Positions 33,359-40,050 of a stretch of DNA of 40,050 nucleotides are shown piece after piece. The notes under the pieces are model-generated. The model was not told the origin of the DNA. It was given only the letters and a program-made list of their open reading frames with translations, and did not search any database. Every line of letters starts with the position of its first letter. Within the stretch, counting starts at the first letter, position 1. Made by a program: the position numbers and the translations under genes. Where the stretch lies: positions 1-40,050 of IMG/VR virus record IMGVR_UViG_3300024331_000111. The stretch is one strand, 5' to 3'. This DNA is from a virus (taxonomy: Duplodnaviria > Caudoviricetes).

Positions 33359-34116
33359 CTGGCCAAACCGGTCCGGGCTCGGGGCTTACTCAACCCTCGA
33401 AGCGCAGCGCACTTGAAAAGGGGAGTTCACCGCTGCCCGCCCCGGCCAAGTTCTATAAAGTGTTGGGCCCGCGCGGTGAGGCGATCCACGGCGGGCGTTG
33501 CGACTGGGCGTTACCGAACGGGAAACCGGGACGGTGGATGCCGAAGATCGCTGACCCTGTCTGCTGCACACGCGGGTACCACCTGGTCGAGTTGTGGTCG
33601 CTGGCGGAATGGTTGCGGGCGGACTGCACGATCTACGTCGCCGAAGGGCGAGCCGGGTCGCACACGGACGGGACCGGCAAAACAGCGTTCGGCCAGGCCC
33701 GCCTGTTGCGTCAGGTGCACATCTCGGAGCGGGATCTGCGCCTGTTCGCCGCCGACTGCGCTGAGCATGTGTTACCGATCTTCTTGAAGGTGCGCCCGAA
33801 GGATGATCGGCCGGCGAAGGCGATCCTGGCGGCCCGTGATTTTGCCGTTGGCAAAATCAGGGATGCCGCCTGGGATGCCGCCGGGGATGCCGCCAGGGCT
33901 GCCGCCAGGGATGCCGCCAGGGATGCCGCCAGGGATGCCGCCAGGGCTGCCGCCTGGGCTGCCGCCAGGGCTGCCGCCTGGGCTGCCGCCAGGGATGCCG
34001 CCTGGGATGCCGCCTGGGCTGCCGCCAGGGATGCCGCCTGGGCTGCCGCCGGGGATGCCGAACGCAGATGGCAAGCCGAACAGCTCGCCACCTACCTCAC
34101 CGAGGTTTCGTCGTGA
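33355..34116 (+). CDS. Protein with Imm5-like segment and Ala-rich tetrapeptide repeats
   Basis: C..GYH; [14 protein letters not shown]...DDRPAKAI; (R/W/G)(D/A)AA repeats. Confidence 0.75.
   Translation: MTGQTGPGSGLTQPSKRSALEKGSSPLPAPAKFYKVLGPRGEAIHGGRCDWALPNGKPGRWMPKIADPVCCTRGYHLVELWSLAEWLRADCTIYVAEGRAGSHTDGTGKTAFGQARLLRQVHISERDLRLFAADCAEHVLPIFLKVRPKDDRPAKAILAARDFAVGKIRDAAWDAAGDAARAAARDAARDAARDAARAAAWAAARAAAWAAARDAAWDAAWAAARDAAWAAAGDAERRWQAEQLATYLTEVSS
33859..34059 (+). repeat. 12-bp tandem repeat NGGGMTGCCGCC, about 17 copies
   Basis: Read directly from the sequence. Confidence 0.95.
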
Positions 34117-34541
34117 ACCTCCAACGCCACTCTCTTGTCCGTTGGATCGTGGATCGTTGGGTTCCGCCTTCGGAGTTTCCCGTTAGCGCCCCTGACGGGA
34201 TGGGGGTGGGCTCCGGTGCGTTTTCCGCCGACCGCACCGTCGAGCCCGCCCCAGCTTGGTCCCGCATTGAACCACGCACAACCCACCTTCCCGACGGCGA
34301 GTATCTCCTCGCTCCAACCGTGTACGACTTTGAGAAGGTCACGGCTGTCGCCTGCCTGTTCGCCGATGATCCGAACCACACATGCCGCAACTCGCACGGC
34401 GGACCCCTCAGGCACGGCCAACAGTGTTACGACACAACCAGGGCCGAATCGTTACGCACATTCGCCGCCCGGCACCCCGAGTTCGCCGACCGATTGGGCC
34501 TCGACCAGGAACGATGGTGGACATCCGAGGATGAGCTGTGA
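34113..34541 (+). CDS. Hypothetical protein
   Basis: GTGA overlaps at both ends. Confidence 0.6.
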   Translation: MNLQRHSLVRWIVDRWVPPSEFPVSAPDGMGVGSGAFSADRTVEPAPAWSRIEPRTTHLPDGEYLLAPTVYDFEKVTAVACLFADDPNHTCRNSHGGPLRHGQQCYDTTRAESLRTFAARHPEFADRLGLDQERWWTSEDEL

Positions 34542-35554
34542 AGCTTTCGTATACCGATTCCACTCACGCCTACTACCTCGACGGCAAGCGCTGTAAGAGC
34601 ATCAGTGCTGTGGCGAAAATTCCAGATGATTCGTTCTCTTTGGATGCGTGGCGGAAACGTCAAATCCTGATCGGTGTCGCCACCCAACCGTCACTGGTCG
34701 AGCAGGCCGCGGCGCATTTCGATGACCGGAAACAGTTGGACCGTATTGCCGAGGAAGCGATGCAAGCGGCACGTTCGCATGATGCGGCGAACCGGGGGAC
34801 AGCGGCGCATCGGATCACGGAACGGGTCGACCTTAACGAACTGATCCTGGACAGCCCGCAAGCCCGGGCTGTCGCCGCGGCGTGGACCCGTGCGTTGGAG
34901 ATCGCCGGTCTGGAGGTCGTCCCCGAGCTCGTGGAGCGGATCGTGGTTTACCCGGACAGGTTGATCGCCGGCCGGTTCGACCGGTTCTTCCGCCGCAAAA
35001 CCGATGGACGCATCGTCGCCGGCGATTTGAAAACCGGTGTGAACGCCGTCAAATACCCGCACGCCTGCGCTGTCCAACTGTGGCTGTACGCGAACGCCCC
35101 GCTAATGGCCGGACCGGTTCCGCGTGCCGGTGGCACAACAACCAGGTTCGAGCCACTACCGGACATGGACCGCACTGTGGGCTATGTGATTCACATGCCG
35201 ACAGATAACGAGGTTGATGTGTTGGGTGTCGACCTGACCGCAGCTGAGGCCGGTGTGGAGTGCTGTTTCAAAGTGTTGGAGTGGCGGAAGACGGAGAGTT
35301 TGATGATCCCGGTAACGGAGATACCGGTTGACCGGGCGGAATGGATCACCGGCCGGCTCGGCGAGATCGCCAAACTCGGGGCGGAAGCGAAGGCGATGGT
35401 CGCCCTCACTTGGCCACCCGGTGTCACCGTAAAACCGCCCTGGTCTAGTGATGAAATCGATCAGCTTGACAAAGTTTTAGCCGACATCGAAGGCGTTTAC
35501 GAGATGCCGTTCGGCGAAACAGATCCACGCACCCATCAACTAACCCACCAATAA
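34538..35554 (+). CDS. PD-(D/E)XK exonuclease (RecE/Cas4-like)
   Basis: RGTAAH, AGRFDR, GDLKTG, VQLWLYA. Confidence 0.85.
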   Translation: MKLSYTDSTHAYYLDGKRCKSISAVAKIPDDSFSLDAWRKRQILIGVATQPSLVEQAAAHFDDRKQLDRIAEEAMQAARSHDAANRGTAAHRITERVDLNELILDSPQARAVAAAWTRALEIAGLEVVPELVERIVVYPDRLIAGRFDRFFRRKTDGRIVAGDLKTGVNAVKYPHACAVQLWLYANAPLMAGPVPRAGGTTTRFEPLPDMDRTVGYVIHMPTDNEVDVLGVDLTAAEAGVECCFKVLEWRKTESLMIPVTEIPVDRAEWITGRLGEIAKLGAEAKAMVALTWPPGVTVKPPWSSDEIDQLDKVLADIEGVYEMPFGETDPRTHQLTHQ

Positions 35555-35569
35555 AGGAGACCCACCAAC

Positions 35570-35983
35570 ATGACCACCAACCCACAAGACTTCCTCGAGC
35601 AATCCACCGGTTCCCGTTACCCGGCGTTCAAATGGGAATCGAAACCCGGCGGTGTTCTCTCCGGGACTATCATCGAACCGCCCCGGGTTATCTCCCGTCC
35701 GAACCTCAACACGGACGAACCTGAAGACAATCTGATTATCGCTGTCCGCACCGCCGAAGACCATGAGCTGTCGTTGTGGGTTCGTCGAGGTTTCCTCGCG
35801 CAGGCGATCGCCGAGGCCGTCAAAGAGGCCGGCGCCGCCGGTCTCGCCGAAGGCGGGAAGCTTCATGTGAAGCACACGGAAAACCGTGACACCGGACGCC
35901 CACAACCCGCGCGTGTTTTCAAGGCGAAGTATGAGCCGCCTGTGACGTCGACGGTGAACGTCGATGACATTTTCGCCAGCTAA
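35570..35983 (+). CDS. Putative OB-fold ssDNA-binding protein
   Basis: AAGGAG RBS; AFKW...LSGTI...AIAEAV..AG..GL..GGKL.V; acidic C-terminus; follows exonuclease. Confidence 0.6.
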   Translation: MTTNPQDFLEQSTGSRYPAFKWESKPGGVLSGTIIEPPRVISRPNLNTDEPEDNLIIAVRTAEDHELSLWVRRGFLAQAIAEAVKEAGAAGLAEGGKLHVKHTENRDTGRPQPARVFKAKYEPPVTSTVNVDDIFAS

Positions 35984-36050
35984 AAGTCGGCGATCAGTGG
36001 CAGCCCGACGGCGAACCCTTTCGAATAGGCGGGCGGGAGAGGGAGCAGCG

Positions 36051-36299
36051 ATGACGCTTGACCAGGTGGCAGAGAAGATCGTTGTACGTCTGCAACTGAA
36101 CCGCATAAATCAGGACTCCCCGATGTGGGCCACGACGATTCCGCCCGACCAGCTTGTCGAAGTCGTGAAGTATGAACTGGAGAAGTGGGCGGCGGGCTAC
36201 CCAGGACCGTCTAACGACTTCCCGTATCGACCGATAGCCGACTTCCCTGCCAGAACAGGCACGTTCCTGGACGACGCCGAGGGGCAGGAAGGTGACTGA
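36051..36299 (+). CDS. Hypothetical protein
   Basis: GGGAG RBS; TGATG coupling. Confidence 0.6.
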   Translation: MTLDQVAEKIVVRLQLNRINQDSPMWATTIPPDQLVEVVKYELEKWAAGYPGPSNDFPYRPIADFPARTGTFLDDAEGQEGD

Positions 36300-36694
36300 T
36301 GGCTAGGACCGCGTCAATAGGAATCAGCATCAAGGAAGTCGAGGCGTTCGCCGAAGTCCTCAGCCTGATCGAAACCATGAAGGCTGAACGGAACCGCCTG
36401 CGGGCCAAGGTCGCCTCGATTCGTGAAATAGCCGCCGAAGCGGTCAACGATCATGAGACGCCCGAGATGCGCTTGGCGATGATCGTTCGCCTGTGTGACT
36501 TCGATCGCGAAGCTGATGGATCGGTCACGACTACGACTGGTACATCGGCAACGCCACGACCGATGAGTGGCGGCAGGCATACGCCGCTGTCGATGCGGCC
36601 CTGGCTGGCGCAGGTAGGCCGTCACGGAGAGGTCGATTGCGGCCACTGGAACTGCGTCGTCTGCACGCCGCTGAGGGGCGGGCAACGTGACTGA
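36299..36694 (+). CDS. Hypothetical protein
   Basis: Coupled start; coiled coil plus C-terminal Cys cluster. Confidence 0.55.
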   Translation: MARTASIGISIKEVEAFAEVLSLIETMKAERNRLRAKVASIREIAAEAVNDHETPEMRLAMIVRLCDFDREADGSVTTTTGTSATPRPMSGGRHTPLSMRPWLAQVGRHGEVDCGHWNCVVCTPLRGGQRD

Positions 36695-36929
36695 CACTAT
36701 CGACAGCGTTCTGACCTTCCTCAAGGGCGTGGACCGCCAGACAGTGGAGTGGGAGCACAAGAAGCTGCTCCGAAGGAGACAGATGATGTTCGATAACTGG
36801 GCGCAGCCCGTGACAAGCAAGCCGTGGGCGGTGGTGACGGTCCTGTTGGATCGGGTCAAGCGGGCCAGCGGCTACCGCCTCTACATTCATTCGACCCACA
36901 AGGCGTGGCAGCGTGCCTGCGGCCTCTAA
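36687..36929 (+). CDS. Hypothetical protein
   Basis: Purine-rich RBS; overlaps previous stop. Confidence 0.55.
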   Translation: MTDTIDSVLTFLKGVDRQTVEWEHKKLLRRRQMMFDNWAQPVTSKPWAVVTVLLDRVKRASGYRLYIHSTHKAWQRACGL

Positions 36930-37161
36930 GACCACCACAACCTGTTGGGGTGGCCATCATCCCCAATGCTCAGGCCGCAACTGCTCCTGCGACTGCCACG
37001 ACGATTCCGATCAGACCGAACTGGTCGATTGGGCGTGGACAATCATCTGCAACGCAGGCGGCGGCGACTGGACCAAGGAGACGCCCGACTGGCAGGACGC
37101 CGCGGCCAGGTTCCGCGACGCCTACCACGCTGAGCTAGCCGATAGGGGGCGGGATAAATGA
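36913..37161 (+). CDS. Hypothetical protein (CSCDCH; Trp-rich)
   Basis: AWTIICNAGGGDW...WQDAAARFRDAYH. Confidence 0.6.
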   Translation: MPAASKTTTTCWGGHHPQCSGRNCSCDCHDDSDQTELVDWAWTIICNAGGGDWTKETPDWQDAAARFRDAYHAELADRGRDK

Positions 37162-37278
37162 AGTTCCGTAAGCAGTGTCCTTGGTGCAAACAGACCGTGT
37201 TTCGGTGGTGGTTCCACTGGTGCGATCTAGGCGGGAGCCGAGTGGAACGACCTATTGGGGACCAGGGCGGGAGGGGCG

Positions 37279-37446
37279 ATGAGCGATAGGAACTTGTGCC
37301 CTGGCAGTAATGGGCGTCCAGCGGAGTTGGTCATCCTTGACGTAGGTCCGTGGGACCCGCCTGGAACCTGCCCCGTCTGTCACCGCTCGTTCGGCATGAA
37401 GGGCTGGACGATCCCCGAGCACCCAGCGGAGGGGCGGGCAACGTGA
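37279..37446 (+). CDS. Small zinc-ribbon-like protein
   Basis: GGAGGGG RBS; CPGS...CPVC...PEH. Confidence 0.55.
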   Translation: MSDRNLCPGSNGRPAELVILDVGPWDPPGTCPVCHRSFGMKGWTIPEHPAEGRAT

Positions 37447-37455
37447 GGTCCGAAA

Positions 37456-37836
37456 ATGATGGGTGAAGCCCGCGAGCAACGTGTGTACCTGCCGCCAGAA
37501 AAATGGAGCGACCACCCGCCCGAGAGGCACGTCTACCGCCAGTGGGTGGGCGAGGATGATTGTGGGATGACCTGTTGTCTCGCACCCAAAACCGACCGAA
37601 TCCACATTGAGGCCGAGTTATCGGACGAGCCACAAGCCACCCTGGACACCTTCGAGTGCGACGAGTGCACCAACGAGGTCGAAGGCGTCTGCTCGGTCTG
37701 TGGGGCCTACGTGTGCGGCTCCTGCTTCAACGGGAACCACGAATGGAGATGGAGAACGCCTGGAACGCCTACGTCGTGGCCTACCCACGGCCCGACGAAA
37801 CCGAAGACCACCACTGAAACTATCGGGCCGTTATGA
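37456..37836 (+). CDS. Cys-rich hypothetical protein
   Basis: CDEC, CSVC, CGSC; ATGA overlap with rusA. Confidence 0.6.
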   Translation: MMGEAREQRVYLPPEKWSDHPPERHVYRQWVGEDDCGMTCCLAPKTDRIHIEAELSDEPQATLDTFECDECTNEVEGVCSVCGAYVCGSCFNGNHEWRWRTPGTPTSWPTHGPTKPKTTTETIGPL

Positions 37837-38336
37837 CTGCCGCTTGGTCGTTCGCCGCGCTCGGTCTGCCCGCGCCGCAAGGCTCTAAACGTCACGTGGG
37901 ACACGGTGTGATGGTGGAGAACTCGACTCGAGTGAGACCGTGGCGTGAGGCTGTCAAGAGCGCCGGGTTCGGTGCCGGCCCGTGTTTGGACGGGCCGTTG
38001 GCGGTGGTGATGGTGTTCACGATGCCCCGCCCGAAGTCGGCGCCGAAACGGGTGACTCGCCCGGACCGGACCCCTGATCTGTCGAAGTTGTGTCGTGCGA
38101 CGGAGGACGCGATCACGGAGGTGGGGTTGTGGGCTGACGATGCACGGGTGGCCGAGTACGTCAGGTTAGCGAAGGTGTTCCCAGGGTTGGAGGGTTACGC
38201 GTTGCCGGTACCGGGTGTGGTTGTGGCTGCGTCGGAGATATGGGATGACCGTTACCCGGAACGGTTGTATGCGGCTGCTGGGGCGTTTTGTTTGGCGGTT
38301 CATACAACGCTGAGGGAGGGGGTTTCTTGTGGCTGA
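37833..38336 (+). CDS. rusA: RusA-family Holliday junction resolvase
   Basis: PAPQGSK, PWREAV, PDLSKLCRATEDAIT, WADDARV. Confidence 0.92.
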   Translation: MTAAWSFAALGLPAPQGSKRHVGHGVMVENSTRVRPWREAVKSAGFGAGPCLDGPLAVVMVFTMPRPKSAPKRVTRPDRTPDLSKLCRATEDAITEVGLWADDARVAEYVRLAKVFPGLEGYALPVPGVVVAASEIWDDRYPERLYAAAGAFCLAVHTTLREGVSCG

Positions 38337-38461
38337 TTTCTGGTTTGCGGTGTCGATTATCACGGCCGGTTGTGTGGGTTACGGGTTGCGTGGTTGGAAT
38401 GGGAGGCCGCGCGGTTCGGGTGTTGATTTGTCGGGTTCTTTGCGACGCGAGGCAAAACGAT

Positions 38462-38764
38462 ATGAGTGACCGCGGACATACGGAGGGCTGTGCGCGGTTC
38501 GCTCACGATGTCATGGTTTACGAGTTTTACACTGGTCGACCTGGCCAGAGGTACGCCCCGTCTCATCTGGTGATCGACGGCAAAGAGTACGACTTTGAGT
38601 GGGAGACAAACACCGACACGCCGCGTTGCGACCGTCGAGCGTATAGGCGTCTAGTGGTCTGCCCTCTTTGGCCAGGGCATGACGGTCCTCACCTGCCATG
38701 CTCCCAACAACTCGATGATCAACTCGGCCGTCTTGTCATTACCGGACTGCGTACACGACAGTGA
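38462..38764 (+). CDS. Hypothetical protein
   Basis: C-terminal C.L..GHDGPH motif; GTGA overlap. Confidence 0.6.
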   Translation: MSDRGHTEGCARFAHDVMVYEFYTGRPGQRYAPSHLVIDGKEYDFEWETNTDTPRCDRRAYRRLVVCPLWPGHDGPHLPCSQQLDDQLGRLVITGLRTRQ

Positions 38765-39003
38765 CTGAAACAGCTCTCTCGTCGTCGCCGCGCACCATCC
38801 ACCTGCTACAAGACGAGAACGTCGCCGGTGTGCCAGGGTTTGTGCGGGTGTGGTGCGGCAGGCTGGGCCTGCCGGTGACGGTGCACCCGTCCATGTGGCG
38901 GCACTGCCGGGCGTGCAAAACAGCCGAGGAGGCCGACACGGCACGGATACTCGGCTGGGAGCCGCAACGGCCCGTCACCACCACCACAAGCGAACTGCTA
39001 TGA
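38761..39003 (+). CDS. Small Cys/His protein
   Basis: IHL...WCG...CRAC. Confidence 0.55.
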   Translation: MTETALSSSPRTIHLLQDENVAGVPGFVRVWCGRLGLPVTVHPSMWRHCRACKTAEEADTARILGWEPQRPVTTTTSELL

Positions 39004-39173
39004 GGCAGGGGACGACCATGACGCTAAGGAATGACTTGTTGATCGACCTGCGGCGAGAAGCGAAAATCGCCGGGATAGACACCTGGCTCGGCTCGCTGCT
39101 CAACCAGGCTGCCGATGAGATCCAAGAGTTGAACGACGAACTTGGACGCATGAGGCTCAGGCTGCACAGATGA
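39000..39173 (+). CDS. Hypothetical protein
   Basis: LLNQAADEIQEL motif; ATGA overlaps. Confidence 0.55.
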   Translation: MRQGTTMTLRNDLLIDLRREAKIAGIDTWLGSLLNQAADEIQELNDELGRMRLRLHR

Positions 39174-39364
39174 CCAACCCGTTCGCCCCTGTCGACTACA
39201 ACCCCCGGCTACTCCCCATCATCGCTGTAGCGCTCATCCCCGGCATCATCGCTTGGTTTGTGATCATCCCCGTCTTCGCGGTCTGGCGTGCGGGCCGGCG
39301 CTACCAGCAGACGTGGAGTGAGCAGTACCAGACGAAACACGAACGGGAACGGGTGCGGGCGTGA
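39170..39364 (+). CDS. Small membrane protein
   Basis: Hydrophobic LLPIIAVALIPGIIAWFVIIPVFAVW. Confidence 0.6.
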   Translation: MTNPFAPVDYNPRLLPIIAVALIPGIIAWFVIIPVFAVWRAGRRYQQTWSEQYQTKHERERVRA

Positions 39365-39786
39365 GCGCCGCTATCCGGATCGGCCGCGGCGACACGTTCA
39401 TTTCGTACCCCCAGGAACGTCTGGCTCGCCGCCATCTAGTGATCGTCACACGAGTCGCCAAAGATCATTCCTGGGCTGACATCGCTGTCACCACATGGGC
39501 AGTTGCGTGGTCGAAGCGTCAGCCGCTCGTAGCAGGCGAGTTCGCCTTCCCTTATGAAACGTTCGGCGGTGACTCGGGTGCGTGGTATGCCGCCCAAATG
39601 GACGACCACGACGCCATGCTGGCCGAACAAACGAAAACACGAACGGGAACGGGGTGTGAACCTGTTAGCACCTGGGAGAGCATCAAGGATCGACCCGAAA
39701 TCCAAGCGGACATAGCAGACTTTGAGGCGTTCCTACGGAGCCGCGGATCGGCGAGCGGGTTACCGACCGCACCGAAGCAGCCGTGA
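39361..39786 (+). CDS. Hypothetical protein
   Basis: VTRVAKDHSWADI...WSKRQPL; GTGA overlaps. Confidence 0.6.
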   Translation: MSAAIRIGRGDTFISYPQERLARRHLVIVTRVAKDHSWADIAVTTWAVAWSKRQPLVAGEFAFPYETFGGDSGAWYAAQMDDHDAMLAEQTKTRTGTGCEPVSTWESIKDRPEIQADIADFEAFLRSRGSASGLPTAPKQP

Positions 39787-39872
39787 CCGATCTTCGCGGT
39801 CTGCCCGCCATCTACCTACGCGAGTTAGCCGCACTAGCCGAACAACAAACACACAACCCGTGGCATCAGTTA

Positions 39873-40050
39873 CAGCCCGAAGCATTGGAGGAAGGCCTCG
39901 CAATGTTGAGCGACGGTATAGCGCCAGGGTTCGGCTGGTGGCGACGCCATTTACCCCTGACAGCCCCGCCCCCATACTTCGCCACACCCGTCCAGCCGTG
40001 GCGTGATTGGGAACCGTGGGAACTCGTTGTTACCGCCATTGGCATGGCCG
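39873..40050. repeat. Terminal direct repeat, right copy
   Basis: Matches 1-178 with one mismatch. Confidence 0.97.

Noticed and set aside
33711-34186. PPGM/GGIP/AASL repeat ORFs and a possible CRISPR array
   Set aside because: Alternative-frame shadows of the 12-bp tandem repeat; no unique spacers and no cas operon
39873-40050. Physical terminal repeat of the virion DNA
   Set aside because: It falls mid-gene and far from the terminase region; more likely an assembly overlap of a circular or concatemeric sequence
1-40050. Diversity-generating retroelement, tRNA or rRNA genes
   Set aside because: No reverse transcriptase motif, no adenine-variant repeat pair and no cloverleaf seen by eye; tRNAscan-SE would be needed to confirm

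Overview
The window looks like a complete, circularly closed ~39.9 kb genome of a high-GC siphovirus-like phage of an actinobacterial host. Bases 1-178 recur at 39873-40050 with one mismatch, and one ORF reads through the junction. Module order is: replication (RHH regulator, PD-(D/E)XK nuclease, Prim-Pol/helicase, iteron-like repeats); packaging and head (HNH, TerS, TerL, portal, protease, HK97 capsid); a methyltransferase/glycosyltransferase/repeat-protein block; neck and tail (with a -1 frameshift chaperone); an extended lysis block (DUF1906-like lysin, PLD-like protein, stand-alone secreted Rpf); a repressor/Cro-type switch; and early recombination genes. I found no integrase or ParA. The most unusual features are: two unlinked leftward cassettes, each a small DNA-binding gene followed by a secreted Cys-containing mini-protein with a near-identical RBS and signal peptide; a repressor ending in an ssrA-like tag without an integrase; and a free-standing secreted Rpf. 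All family calls come from recognising motifs by eye, not from database searches.
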